Part shown: positions 29,878 through 39,679 of the stretch, piece after piece
How positions within the stretch are numbered: position 1 is the stretch's first letter
Layout of the letters: every line of letters begins with the position of its first letter
DNA from: an uncultured Gemmatimonadales bacterium
GTDB lineage: Bacteria > Gemmatimonadota > Gemmatimonadetes > Gemmatimonadales > Gemmatimonadaceae
DNA: 64,000 nt
Direction of reading: 5' to 3'
Assembly (NCBI GenBank): GCA_963701965.1
Contig: OY969695.1
Location: forward strand, 2,272,001-2,336,000
The notes under the pieces: generated by a model
Seen by the model: only the letters and a program-made list of their open reading frames with translations
What the model was told of the DNA's origin: nothing
Database searches by the model: none
Program-made: the position numbers and the translations under genes

Positions 29878-31274
29878 TGGACGCCGACGTCGTCATCATC
29901 GGCGGCGGCCCGGGTGGATACGTGGCCGCCCTTCGCGCCGCGCAACTCGGCCTGTCAACGGTCTGCGTCGAGCAGGACGCCACGCTCGGCGGGACGTGCG
30001 TCAACGTGGGCTGCATTCCGTCCAAAGCGTTGCTCACGAGCTCCGAGCACTTCGAGTTCACGAAACTGCACACGGCCGAGCACGGATTCCATGCGGCGGT
30101 GGTGACCCTGGACTTGCCGCGGATGTTGGCCCGGAAAGATGAAGTCGTGGGCCAGAACACGCGCGGCATCGAGTTCTTGTTCCGGAAGAACAAGATCACG
30201 TGGGCCAAGGGGCGCGGCACCCTCAAGCCGGGCAACATCGTCGACGTCACCGCCGCGGACGGCACGGTCACGTCCTATCGGGCAAAGGACGTCATTCTCG
30301 CGACGGGCTCGTCGTCGATCGAGCTGCCGTTCTTGAAGTTCGACGAAGAGCGCGTGCTCTCGAACATCGGCGCGCTCAAGATCCCCGCGGTCCCTGAACA
30401 TCTCGTCGTCGTCGGTGGCGGCGTCATCGGCCTCGAGCTCGGCTCGGTGTGGCGCCGCCTCGGCGCGCGGGTCACGGTGCTCGAGCTCGAGCCGTCGATC
30501 CTGCCGGGGTTCGACTCGGACATCGTGCGCGAGGCCGAAAAGGTTTTCAAGAAGCAGGGCCTGGAGCTCCGGACCGGGGTGTGCGTCACGGGCGCCCGCC
30601 GCAAGGATTCGCGCGTCGTGCTCGACGTCGACCGGAACGGCACCGTCGAACAGGTCGAGGGCGACTACGCGCTGGTCTCGGTGGGACGGCGGCCGAGCCT
30701 CGGCGGCATCGACGCCGCGGCACTGGGCCTCGACCTCGGGCGGCGCGGCGAGATCATGGTCGATCTCCAGATGCGCACAAACTTGCCGCACGTGTACGCG
30801 ATCGGCGACGCGGTCGGCGGCAAGCTGCTGGCGCACAAGGCGGAGGAGGAGGGTGTCGTCGCCGCCGAGACGATCGCCGGTCGGCCGGCGCGCATGCGCT
30901 ATCACGCCATCCCCAACATCGTCTACACGTGGCCCGAGATCGCCTCGATCGGGTGGGCCGAGCATGAGATCGCGGCATCCGGACGGAAGTACAAGACCGG
31001 ACGGTACCCATTCTCCGCCAACCCGCGGGCCCGGACGATGGGTGAGGCGGGCAGCGGCTTCGTGAAATTCCTGGCCGACGCCGAGACCGACGAGCTGCTG
31101 GGGGCCCATTCCATTGGCCCCAACGTGTCGGAGCTCGCCGCCGAGATCGTGCTGGCGTTCGAGTACCGGGCGACCGCCGAGGATATCGGTGGGCTCATTC
31201 ACGCGCACCCGACGCTGTCCGAAGCGACGAAAGAGGCGGCGCTCGCGGTGCACGGCGAGGCGTTGCACATCTGA
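29877..31274 (+). CDS. lpdA: Dihydrolipoyl dehydrogenase
   Basis: GGGPGGY, GGTCVNVGCIPSK, GGGVIGLE, HAHPTLSE; GTG overlaps the sucB stop. Confidence 0.95.
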   Translation: MDADVVIIGGGPGGYVAALRAAQLGLSTVCVEQDATLGGTCVNVGCIPSKALLTSSEHFEFTKLHTAEHGFHAAVVTLDLPRMLARKDEVVGQNTRGIEFLFRKNKITWAKGRGTLKPGNIVDVTAADGTVTSYRAKDVILATGSSSIELPFLKFDEERVLSNIGALKIPAVPEHLVVVGGGVIGLELGSVWRRLGARVTVLELEPSILPGFDSDIVREAEKVFKKQGLELRTGVCVTGARRKDSRVVLDVDRNGTVEQVEGDYALVSVGRRPSLGGIDAAALGLDLGRRGEIMVDLQMRTNLPHVYAIGDAVGGKLLAHKAEEEGVVAAETIAGRPARMRYHAIPNIVYTWPEIASIGWAEHEIAASGRKYKTGRYPFSANPRARTMGEAGSGFVKFLADAETDELLGAHSIGPNVSELAAEIVLAFEYRATAEDIGGLIHAHPTLSEATKEAALAVHGEALHI

Positions 31275-31747
31275 ACGTCGTCATTCGTCCGCTGGAGCAG
31301 AGTGACGCGCCAGCCGCGCGTGGGCTCTTCATGCAGGCGTTCGGAAACACGCTGTACGCCGAGGCGCCGCGCGACGCCCTGCGGCGGGCCCTCGCCGGCG
31401 AGAATCCCCGCGAGCACGGCGGTCTCATCGCCCAGCGCGAGGCCCAAGTCGTCGGCGTAGCCGTGTACGGATTCGTCGCCGGCGCCGAGGGCGCCGGGCG
31501 GATGCACGCGATGGCCGTCGCGCCCGACTCCCGCCGGCACGGGATTGCCCGCCAGCTCATCGAAGCGTTCGTCGACGACCTCGCCCGCCGCGGGGCGCGA
31601 TTCGTGATCGTCGAGATGCCCGACGCCGCGGAGATGGCCATCGGACGCACCCTCCTCATGAATGCGCGCTTCGCCGAGGAGTCCCGGGTCGCCGATTACT
31701 TCCGGGATGGGGTCGCTCTGGCGTTTCTGCGGCGCGACCTGCGCTAG
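31271..31747 (+). CDS. GNAT family N-acetyltransferase, possible CTG start (first ATG at 31331)
   Basis: AVAPDSRRHGIARQL motif A; in-frame upstream NVVIRPLEQSD begins at the CTGA overlapping the lpdA stop. Confidence 0.8.
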   Translation: MNVVIRPLEQSDAPAARGLFMQAFGNTLYAEAPRDALRRALAGENPREHGGLIAQREAQVVGVAVYGFVAGAEGAGRMHAMAVAPDSRRHGIARQLIEAFVDDLARRGARFVIVEMPDAAEMAIGRTLLMNARFAEESRVADYFRDGVALAFLRRDLR

Positions 31748-31751
31748 ATGG

Positions 31752-31793
31752 CGAAAGGGCCGGTTCCGCCGCGAGGCGGACCGGCCCTTTTCG
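31752..31793. terminator. Bidirectional intrinsic terminator
   Basis: AAAGGGCCGG-TT-CCGCC-GCGA-GGCGG-A-CCGGCCCTTTT between convergent genes. Confidence 0.85.
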
Positions 31794-31809
31794 ACCAACG
31801 GGTCGTCGA

Positions 31810-32235
31810 CTAGCGCCGCATTGTCGCGCCAATGGCGGCACCGAGGGCGAGGAGGCTCCCCGCCGCGGCGGCCACTGCCAGAGGGCTGACCGCGATCGGC
31901 CGGCTCCACCACGAGGTGCTCACCGGAGCGGTGGTCGGCAGCGCGTCCATGATGCGCTGCGCCACGTGCTCGGGCGTCTGCATATGGCGCCGGGTCTCGA
32001 GATCCCGGTCCAGCCGCTTCCAGAACTCGACATGCCGCGCCCCTTCACTGCCGACGAGCGCCGACTCGGCGACTTCGCCATCAAGCCAGGCATGCACGAG
32101 TTCCGTGGTGCGCGACACGCCGATCGGGACCTCTCGGTCCGAGACGCGGCGAGCCGGCGGCCGCGAGACGTCGCGCAATGGGCGCGGGCTCTCGACTTTG
32201 TCGATCGGCTCCGGCGCATTCAGGTCATCATGCAT
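31810..32235 (-). CDS. Putative anti-sigma factor (single C-terminal TM)
   Basis: TAATG-coupled to the ECF sigma; VHAWLDGE motif; C-terminal hydrophobic helix. Confidence 0.65.
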   Translation of the reverse strand: MHDDLNAPEPIDKVESPRPLRDVSRPPARRVSDREVPIGVSRTTELVHAWLDGEVAESALVGSEGARHVEFWKRLDRDLETRRHMQTPEHVAQRIMDALPTTAPVSTSWWSRPIAVSPLAVAAAAGSLLALGAAIGATMRR

Positions 32236-32876
32236 TAGGCGTATTTCTCCTCTAAAAGGACCTGGAGCGCCTCGCGAGCGCGGTGCACGCGCATCTTGAG
32301 CGCCCCAACCGTAGTACCGAGCAGATCAGCCATCTCTTCGTAGGACCGACCTTCCACGTGTTTCATGACGAACGCCTCGCGCAACGACGGCGCCAGCGCC
32401 GCCAGAGCCCGGTCGAGGTCCCCCCTCAACTCCGTCCGGTCGAGATCTTCATCAGGAGTCGCGTATCCAGACGGCTGGTCGTCCTCGTCGTAACTGAGAT
32501 GCGTGCGCCGGATGTTCTTGAGCCAATCCTTGCACCCATTGGCGACGATTCGGAATACCCAAGCGTCGAACCGCCCCCGCACCTCGGCCAGATGTTGATA
32601 AGCTTTGATGAAAGACATCTGGAGGATGTCTTCCGCAACATCAGGGCTCCCAGTCATGCCAAGAGCGTGCCGATAGAGCGGGTCGCTATAGCGCCCGATC
32701 AGCATCGAGAACGCTTCGCGATTCCCCGCCAGGACCCGCGCGATGATTTGCTGGTCCGCCTCCAACTGATCGGCCTGGGCCGCCGTGACAGTGCTTTTCA
32801 CGGCGCTAGCATAACGCGTTTGCTCCGTACCGGATAGCCCCACGGACGAGTCCGCGTCTTTGATCGTGGCTGTCAC
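32235..32876 (-). CDS. ECF RNA polymerase sigma factor
   Basis: AEDILQMSFIKAY, FDAWVFRIVAN, SYEEMADLLG..VGALKMRVHRAR. Confidence 0.93.
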   Translation of the reverse strand: MTATIKDADSSVGLSGTEQTRYASAVKSTVTAAQADQLEADQQIIARVLAGNREAFSMLIGRYSDPLYRHALGMTGSPDVAEDILQMSFIKAYQHLAEVRGRFDAWVFRIVANGCKDWLKNIRRTHLSYDEDDQPSGYATPDEDLDRTELRGDLDRALAALAPSLREAFVMKHVEGRSYEEMADLLGTTVGALKMRVHRAREALQVLLEEKYA

Positions 32877-32882
32877 GGCGTG

Positions 32883-32911
32883 ATGACGCGTACTCCCAGG
32901 ATGACGTCACA
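32883..32911 (-). promoter_or_regulatory. Candidate ECF autoregulatory promoter TGTGAC-N17-CGTCAT
   Basis: Minus strand TGTGAC (32911-32906), 17 nt, CGTCAT (32888-32883), 6 nt before the GTG start. Confidence 0.55.
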
Positions 32912-32929
32912 CTGCTGGCGGATATCGTT

Positions 32930-34024
32930 TTATCGAAGCCGCACGTGGTACAGATACTCGGTGACCCCCGATGCCCGATATCGGCGGTTGTTACCATCTC
33001 GGTCCGCCCGATATCGTCGATACGAATAGGAAAACTGTCGCACTGGCGCCACAGCCCGGCGTCCGAGAATCGCTTTGAAGTCCGCATTGGCCAGAATCCC
33101 CTCCGAGTTGTAACTCACCAGAACGTGCCGCGCCCCGGTCGCCGCCAACAGATCGTCCAGCGCCTTGGCGACCCGGGACGGCCTGCACCACGCGCTCGGG
33201 GGCGTGCGGTCGACCGGTAAGCCGGTCTTCCCGCGGACCTCCGGCGTCGCCGTGAACCATCCCGTGGCGATCAGCTCCGGTATATGGTAGTACCCGGAGT
33301 ATTGTCGGCCGTTGTACGGCGGATCTACATAGAGCAGGTCAACGGGACCCAATCGCCCGGCGATCGCCGCCGCGTCTCCCATGTGCGCCCGGGCGCCCGC
33401 GGCGCGAGAGACGGGACGGTCCGGGTCCACGCGAAACGGCCGCAGGGCATTCGGCTGCCACTGCTTGATGTACGCCGCGTAAATGCCCGCCGTGTTCGCG
33501 ACCCGGTCGGCCCCCTCGATGATGGCGGCCAGCAGGAGATAGTAGGCATCGTCGCTGACCAACGCGTCCGCATGCCACCGGTGCAAGGCGTGTCGCGCGC
33601 CGTCGATCCGCCGCGCATTCTCATCGGTGAAGTACATCCGGCCCCCCGCGGGCGCGAAATGCCGCGACAGGAATCCGGTCTCCGGCGCCACGCAACTGGA
33701 GAGGTACTCGGCCAACACGCTCAGACCATCGCGGGCGGCCGGCCGAAAGGCCGGCGACTTGAGCGCGCGGCGCACGTCGGCGTCGCCCGCCGCCACGCGC
33801 GGCACGCTGGGGCCGCGTCGGGCGACGACATACGCGCGTTGAAAGACGTAGGAGTACGTCATCACGTCGCTGGAATCGACCCGCCAGCCAATGCCCTTGA
33901 GCGCGCGCCCGACGGCCGCCGTGCCCGCGAACGCGTCGTGCGCGCGACCCGGCGCAATGCGCAACTGCCCGAGGGCATCGGCCAGAAAGGGGAGCAACCG
34001 CGTTTTGTTGCCGATGTAGCGCAC
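32930..34024 (-). CDS. Orphan N6-adenine DNA methyltransferase (D12 class, FokI/NlaIII-like)
   Basis: MRYIGNK, DAFAGTAAVG, RMYFT.ENA.RID, VANTAG.Y.AY, YVDPPYN.RQY, VSYNSEG. Confidence 0.88.
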   Translation of the reverse strand: MRYIGNKTRLLPFLADALGQLRIAPGRAHDAFAGTAAVGRALKGIGWRVDSSDVMTYSYVFQRAYVVARRGPSVPRVAAGDADVRRALKSPAFRPAARDGLSVLAEYLSSCVAPETGFLSRHFAPAGGRMYFTDENARRIDGARHALHRWHADALVSDDAYYLLLAAIIEGADRVANTAGIYAAYIKQWQPNALRPFRVDPDRPVSRAAGARAHMGDAAAIAGRLGPVDLLYVDPPYNGRQYSGYYHIPELIATGWFTATPEVRGKTGLPVDRTPPSAWCRPSRVAKALDDLLAATGARHVLVSYNSEGILANADFKAILGRRAVAPVRQFSYSYRRYRADRDGNNRRYRASGVTEYLYHVRLR

Positions 34025-34064
34025 GGGCGAATCATGCGCGTCTCGCGCCGTATCTACCAGAGCA

Positions 34065-35021
34065 CTACCAGAGCGTCGCGTGCCCCACGATCACGGAGCC
34101 GATCAGGCGGGCCGCCGGCCCGCCTTGATATTCGCGCGCCTGCGTGGTCAGCCGGAGCTCGACGGTGTAGCCAAAGAGACGCATTCCCGGCCCGATGTCC
34201 GTTTCCGACGTCCACGGCAACAACTGCGCGTGCGCGCTGCGCTGGAACGTGCTCCCGTCGAGGAAGATGTTGTGCAGCACCCACTGTTCGTGCGCGCCCA
34301 CGGCCATGTAGACCTGGAGCTGCGACGTGTCGCGCAAGAGGCCAAAGCGCGCGCGGGCGCCCACGCTGGTGCCCGTGCGCACGTTGCCGATCGCCGCGTC
34401 CCAGTCGGGCACCACCTGGAGCGACACATCGCGCGTGAGCTTGGCATCGACCGCCAAGTAGCGCTCACCGTACTGCACGATGAGGCCCGGTTCGAACGGC
34501 AGCTGGTGGCGCCACCCGGGCACCGGCGGTCCCAATCCCGTGATCTGGTGAAACGTGTTCTGCGTCCACGCCGCCAGCGACGGCGGGCCGATGACGCCGA
34601 TATCCGCGGTCAGCGTCCGCGAACGAAATGCGCTCACCGTCGTCGTCGAGAGCTCGGCGTACAACCAGCCGGCATAGGGCCGCTGATTGGGCCCCGGATT
34701 CATCGGGGCCCGCGTCGGCGTATAGATCTCTTGTCCGATCGTGATCTGCTGCGTGGCGCAGCCCTCGTCGGTGCCGACCGTGCGGCACGACGGCGCGGCC
34801 GTCAGGAGCCGCGAGAACCAGGGCATGGGCGCGATGTCGATCGACACGCGCAAACCCTGGGTATAGTTGTCATCCGCGCGCCGGTGCGACGGGACCCAGA
34901 CCGCGAGATTCCCGTTGTCCTCCTGCACGGACCAACTCCCGGGTTGCTGCGCCCCGCTGCCGCGCGCCGCCAGCATCCCGATCGCCACCACCAACCATGT
35001 TCGACCAAGTCTTTCGCGCAT
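34065..35021 (-). CDS. Lipid A deacylase LpxR family (DUF2219) outer-membrane protein
   Basis: D.NYTQG, GQEIYTP, RPYAGWLY, GVIGPPSLA...Q..FH, GW.HQL, NIFLDG. Confidence 0.82.
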   Translation of the reverse strand: MRERLGRTWLVVAIGMLAARGSGAQQPGSWSVQEDNGNLAVWVPSHRRADDNYTQGLRVSIDIAPMPWFSRLLTAAPSCRTVGTDEGCATQQITIGQEIYTPTRAPMNPGPNQRPYAGWLYAELSTTTVSAFRSRTLTADIGVIGPPSLAAWTQNTFHQITGLGPPVPGWRHQLPFEPGLIVQYGERYLAVDAKLTRDVSLQVVPDWDAAIGNVRTGTSVGARARFGLLRDTSQLQVYMAVGAHEQWVLHNIFLDGSTFQRSAHAQLLPWTSETDIGPGMRLFGYTVELRLTTQAREYQGGPAARLIGSVIVGHATLW

Positions 35022-35103
35022 AGGCCACCGCCTATCGTGCAATCGTCCGGCCGAAACAACTCACTGGTGAGGGTATTGGTTCCGATGGGTGCCGCCATGG
35101 TCG

Positions 35104-36195
35104 TCAGGGAAACGCGCGCCATCCGCGGGCGCGCACGCGCACGCCGTGCTCATCGAGACGCGGCGGTGGATACCGCACGGCACCGGGCACACTCGGTGCC
35201 ACGCCCGTCAACGGCGAGCACTCGACTTCGGCCAACGCTTCGCGCACCGACTTCACGGTGCCGTGCGGCACACCGGCGCGCGCCAAGCGCAGGATCCATT
35301 CGCCCGCGGACCGCTCCGCGAGTCGCGCGGCCACAGCGCCCACGACCCGGTCGCGCTGCGTGACACGGCCCGCATTGGTCCGTAACGATAAATCGGCGGC
35401 GAACGCGGACAGTTCCAGCGCCTCGGCGCATCGCACCCACTGCGCATCGCTCCCCACCGCGACCACAATGGGCCGATCGGCAGTCTCGAAAAGTTGGTAG
35501 GGAACGAGATTCGGATGCGCATTGCCCCACCGCGCCGCATCGCGGCCGGTCACCAACGTGTTTTGGGCGACATTCACCAGCGCCGCCGCGGCGCTGTGGG
35601 CGAGCGAGATCACGATCCGCCGCTCGCCGCCACGATCACGGGAAAAAAGCGCGCCAAGAATGGCAATGCAGGCGTCTTTCCCGGCGAGCACATCGGCGAG
35701 GGCGACGCCGACCTTCATCGGCGCGCCGTCAGGCTCGCCCGTGATCGCCATCCAGCCACGCTCGGCCTGCACCGCAAAGTCGTATCCGACGCGAGAGTCG
35801 TCGCGCCCAAACCCCGCGATCGTACACCAGACGAGTCGCGGACACTCGGCGAGCACAGCGGCAGGATCGAGCCCGCGGCGGGTCAGCGCGCCAGGTAGAA
35901 AATTGTCGACGACAACATCGGCCTCGACCATGAGGGACCGGATCAGCCGCTGGTCGAGGGGGTCATCGAGGTCGGCCGCCAGACTCCACTTGTTTCTGTT
36001 CACGCTCAGGAAATAGGCGCTCTCCCCCGCCTCATCGAATGGCGGCCCCCACCCGCGCGTGTCGTCACCCGAGCTCGGCCGTTCAACTTTGATGACATCG
36101 GCGCCAAGGTCGCCAAGCATCATCGTGCAGAGCGGACCGGCAAGTACTCGCGTCAGATCGAGGACTTTGATCGTACTGAGATTATATTGTTGCAT
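35104..36195 (-). CDS. CaiB/BaiF (family III) CoA-transferase
   Basis: KVLDLTRVLAGP, LGADVIKVERP..GDDTRGWGPP, NRNK.S, DNFLPG, PPRLDEH. Confidence 0.92.
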   Translation of the reverse strand: MQQYNLSTIKVLDLTRVLAGPLCTMMLGDLGADVIKVERPSSGDDTRGWGPPFDEAGESAYFLSVNRNKWSLAADLDDPLDQRLIRSLMVEADVVVDNFLPGALTRRGLDPAAVLAECPRLVWCTIAGFGRDDSRVGYDFAVQAERGWMAITGEPDGAPMKVGVALADVLAGKDACIAILGALFSRDRGGERRIVISLAHSAAAALVNVAQNTLVTGRDAARWGNAHPNLVPYQLFETADRPIVVAVGSDAQWVRCAEALELSAFAADLSLRTNAGRVTQRDRVVGAVAARLAERSAGEWILRLARAGVPHGTVKSVREALAEVECSPLTGVAPSVPGAVRYPPPRLDEHGVRVRARGWRAFP

Positions 36196-36349
36196 TACTG
36201 TTGTGATTAAGTCGGCATTATTCGTGATTTCCACGAGTGCTGTGCGGTGCGTGGCCCATCGCGTAATCTCCGAGGGCAACTTGCGTAGATGACGAACAAT
36301 CATATACTTACCGCCGCGCGTGGGTCTCACCACTCGGAGCACGCACCCC

Positions 36350-36974
36350 ATGGCGGATAAGCCGCACACAACTGACCCGAAGCCGGCACCGGAGCCAGCG
36401 GCATCCACCTCGACTGGCAACTCATCCCCGCCGACGCCGCCGAAGCGCAGTCCCGGCCATCGAGGGGCCGATGTCCGGGATACGGTCGCCGAGATGGCGG
36501 CCAAGGCCCAAGAGATCAGCCAAGAGGCTGGCAGCAAGAATGGCGTCGGCCATGCGCGACGTCATCAGTGCGGCTGCCGGCATGGCATCGTTCGCCGCCG
36601 ACAGTGCGCGCGATCTCGTCCAGTACATGGTGCGGCGTGGTCAGATGACGCAAGAGGAAGCCGACAAGCTGATCCGGGAAGCGGAGGAGGCGGCTGGCAA
36701 GCGGAACGTCAACCTGCCGTTGCCGCCATCGAAGCAGCCCAAGCCTCCGGCACCTGTCGCGCCGCCGATCGCCGTAGCTCCTCCCGTCAGTGTCGCGCCA
36801 GCAGCTGCGCCACCGGTCGAGGTCAAGGCCGCGCCAAAGGCGCCGCCGAGCCATCCCGCACCGGCCGCCGTCGCCAAGCATCCGGTGAAGAAGGCGGCGG
36901 CCAAGACGCCGGTCAAGAAAGCCAAGGCGCCCGCCAAGGTGGTCGCCAAGAAGAAGCCCGCGAAAAAGCGCTAA
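36350..36974 (+). CDS. Phasin-like protein with histone H1-like Lys/Ala/Pro tail (PhaF-like); one extra base near 36539
   Basis: LVQYMVRRGQMTQEEADKL core; KKAAAKTPVKKAKAPAK tail; N-terminal frame joins as AGSK-MASAM after removing one A. Confidence 0.6.
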
Positions 36975-36983
36975 GCTACCCGC

Positions 36984-38864
36984 TCAGCGTAACACCGGCT
37001 CGCCGACGATCGCCGCCGTCTGCCCCGACGTGCGGCGATCTTGCGTCGCCAGCACGTCGAGCACGTGCGCGCAGTTGATCAGCGCGATGTGCGTGAACGC
37101 CTGCGGAAAGTTGCCGAGAAACTCACCGGTGCGCGGGTTGAGCTCTTCGCTATAGAGCCCGAGATGATTGGCGTGCGTCAGCATGCGCCGAAAGACGCGC
37201 TCGCCATGCTCCCGCTCGCCGCTCAACGCGAGGGCCTCGGCGAGCCAGAAGGTGCAGATGGAAAAGACGCCTTCCCCTCCGGGAAGCCCATCGTCATTCC
37301 GGTAACGGTAGACCATTTCCTGGTCCCCGGACGTCAACTCCCGGAGCACCGCCTTGACGGTCCCCACAACCCGCGGATGATTCCGCGGCAAAAACCCCAT
37401 CATGGGAATGACCAGATTCGAGGCGTCGAGCGCATCGGTCCCATAGTACTGAACGAAGCTCTGCTTGGCCTCGCTCCACCCATTGGCCATGACGTCCTGA
37501 TGGATGGCCTCCCGCTCCGCCTCCCACCGCTCGATCGGCGCCGGCAGCACGAATTCCTTCGCCATGCGAATGCCCCGATCCAGCGCCACCCAGCACATGA
37601 CTTTACTCATGACGTAGTGCTGGAGCGTCCCACGGACTTCCCAGATGCCGCTGTCCGGCAGCCGCCAGTTCGCCGCCACCCACGACACCAGCCGCTCCAG
37701 CGTGACCCACGTCCCCTCGGACACCTCGTTGCTGCGGCTCCAGAGATACGCGGTCTCCAGCAACTCGCCGTACACGTCGAGCTGCAGCTGCCCATACGCC
37801 GCGTTCCCGACCCGCACCGGCCCCGAGCCCTGATAGCCCTCGAGATGCGGCAGGATCTCCTCGGTCAACCGCCGCCGCCCGTCGATCCCATACATGATCT
37901 GCAGATGCGTATCGGTCGTCTTCCGCGCCACGCGCTTGAGGAACGACATGAACCGGTCCGCTTCTTCCGAGTGCCCGAGGATGCTCAACGAGTACAGCAC
38001 GAAGGCCGAGTCCCGGATCCACGTGAACCGGTAGTCCCAATTCCGGACGCCACCGATCTCCTCCGGCAGCGACGTTGTCGCCGCCGCCACGATCGCCCCC
38101 GTCGGCTCATAGCACAGGAGCTTGAGCGTCAACGCCGACCGCTCGACCGCCGACCGATAGGGACCCGCGTAGTTGATGCGGCTGCCCCACTGCAGCCAGA
38201 ACGCCTCCGTGTCCGCCAGCCGCCGCTCCGACTCGTAGGAGCCCACCGGGCGGACCTCGTCGTCGTCATAGCGGAGCGCAAACCACGTCGACTCGCCCGC
38301 GCGCAACTTGAGGCGCACGCGCGCCATGCCGTCCTCGAGCGTCCACCACAGGTCCTGTGGCGCCGCCAGTGTGGCGACCTTGTCCTCCGCATCGGTGGCG
38401 AGCACGCCATGGCGGCGTGGATGCACATAGGTCGTGCCCGCGCCGTAGTTGAAGCGCGGCGCGAACTGCACATCCATCTCCACCTCGCCCCGCACACAAC
38501 TCAGCCCGCGATGGATCTCCGCGAACGGCCGGGCCGCCCCGCTCGGGGCGATGGGCATGAAGTCCGTGAGCTCGAGGATGCCGCCATCCGGCGTGTGGAA
38601 CGTCGTCACCAGCACGCACGTGCCCGGGCGATACCGCTGCTCGACGCTGTAGCCGCCCGCAGGCCGGATGGCGAAGTGGCCGCCGGCCCCGCTGTCGAGC
38701 ACCGCCCCGAACAACGACGGCGAATCGAAACTGGGAAAGCAGCACCAATCGATGGATCCCGACCGGCAGACCAACGCCGCCGTGTGCAGGTCCCCAATGA
38801 TCCCATAGTCGGAAATCGCGGCGTACCGGCCCGTGAACCCGATACCGTCCTCGCCCGACGCCAT
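36984..38864 (-). CDS. Glycoside hydrolase family 15 (glucoamylase/trehalase-like)
   Basis: ISDYGIIGD..TAAL, GSIDW.C, AAATTSLPE..GG.RNWDYR..WIRD, D.GIWE, LGNFPQAFTH. Confidence 0.92.
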   Translation of the reverse strand: MASGEDGIGFTGRYAAISDYGIIGDLHTAALVCRSGSIDWCCFPSFDSPSLFGAVLDSGAGGHFAIRPAGGYSVEQRYRPGTCVLVTTFHTPDGGILELTDFMPIAPSGAARPFAEIHRGLSCVRGEVEMDVQFAPRFNYGAGTTYVHPRRHGVLATDAEDKVATLAAPQDLWWTLEDGMARVRLKLRAGESTWFALRYDDDEVRPVGSYESERRLADTEAFWLQWGSRINYAGPYRSAVERSALTLKLLCYEPTGAIVAAATTSLPEEIGGVRNWDYRFTWIRDSAFVLYSLSILGHSEEADRFMSFLKRVARKTTDTHLQIMYGIDGRRRLTEEILPHLEGYQGSGPVRVGNAAYGQLQLDVYGELLETAYLWSRSNEVSEGTWVTLERLVSWVAANWRLPDSGIWEVRGTLQHYVMSKVMCWVALDRGIRMAKEFVLPAPIERWEAEREAIHQDVMANGWSEAKQSFVQYYGTDALDASNLVIPMMGFLPRNHPRVVGTVKAVLRELTSGDQEMVYRYRNDDGLPGGEGVFSICTFWLAEALALSGEREHGERVFRRMLTHANHLGLYSEELNPRTGEFLGNFPQAFTHIALINCAHVLDVLATQDRRTSGQTAAIVGEPVLR

Positions 38865-39679
38865 TATTGCGCAGCGGCACGCGCCGCCGCCAGCCATGCC
38901 AGCAGTGAGCCCATCTCCATCGGATTCGACACGACAAACTCCGCCGCCGTCTCGTGCGTTCCCTCGCCGCCGCCGTCGACGTGCACCGTCACCGCCCGCG
39001 GCAAGCGCGCGCGTAACGTCCGAAACGCATCCTCATCGGTCACGTCATCCCCGGCAAACAGCACGGATGCGTCACTCCCCACACCGCCCACGCGCTCGGC
39101 CAACGCCAGCACGGCGGTTCCCTTGTCCACCGGCACCGGTGGTCTCAATTCCATGACCTTCTTCCCCTCGGATACCACCAACCCGTAGGTCGCGGCCACG
39201 CGCGCGACCATCTCATGGAGCTCGGCCTGCGGCACGCGGTCGGCCTCGGCCCCCCGATAGTGTACCGTCACGGTCCACCGTTTGTTCTCGATGATGACGC
39301 CGCGCCGCCCGACCAGGGCGGCGGCCAACGCATCGGTCGCTTCGCCCACGGCTTCCTCGAACCGGGCCACATCGCGCTCCACCGCGATCTCGCCGTCGGG
39401 CGCGATGACCTCCGCGCCGTGGTTCCCGACGACCCACGCCCGGTCGACGGCGACCAGCCGCCGCGCGTCCTCCGCCGACCGCCCGGAGACCACCCCGACA
39501 ATGACGCCCGGCGCGTCCGCCAGCGCGGCCAGCGCCATGCGCGTCGGCGCCGGCACGACCGCATCCGACGGCCGAGGCGCGATCGGCGCCAGCGTCCCGT
39601 CGACATCGAGCAATACCACTAACGGCGTACCCGCCAGCCGGGGCGCAATGCGCTCCCGGGTGTCCGTTTCGAGCGTCAC
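38864..39679 (-). CDS. otsB: Trehalose-6-phosphate phosphatase
   Basis: LDVDGTLAPI, VVSGR, GNHGAE, GKKVMELRP, DKG, GDDVTDEDAF. Confidence 0.92.
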   Translation of the reverse strand: MTLETDTRERIAPRLAGTPLVVLLDVDGTLAPIAPRPSDAVVPAPTRMALAALADAPGVIVGVVSGRSAEDARRLVAVDRAWVVGNHGAEVIAPDGEIAVERDVARFEEAVGEATDALAAALVGRRGVIIENKRWTVTVHYRGAEADRVPQAELHEMVARVAATYGLVVSEGKKVMELRPPVPVDKGTAVLALAERVGGVGSDASVLFAGDDVTDEDAFRTLRARLPRAVTVHVDGGGEGTHETAAEFVVSNPMEMGSLLAWLAAARAAAQ

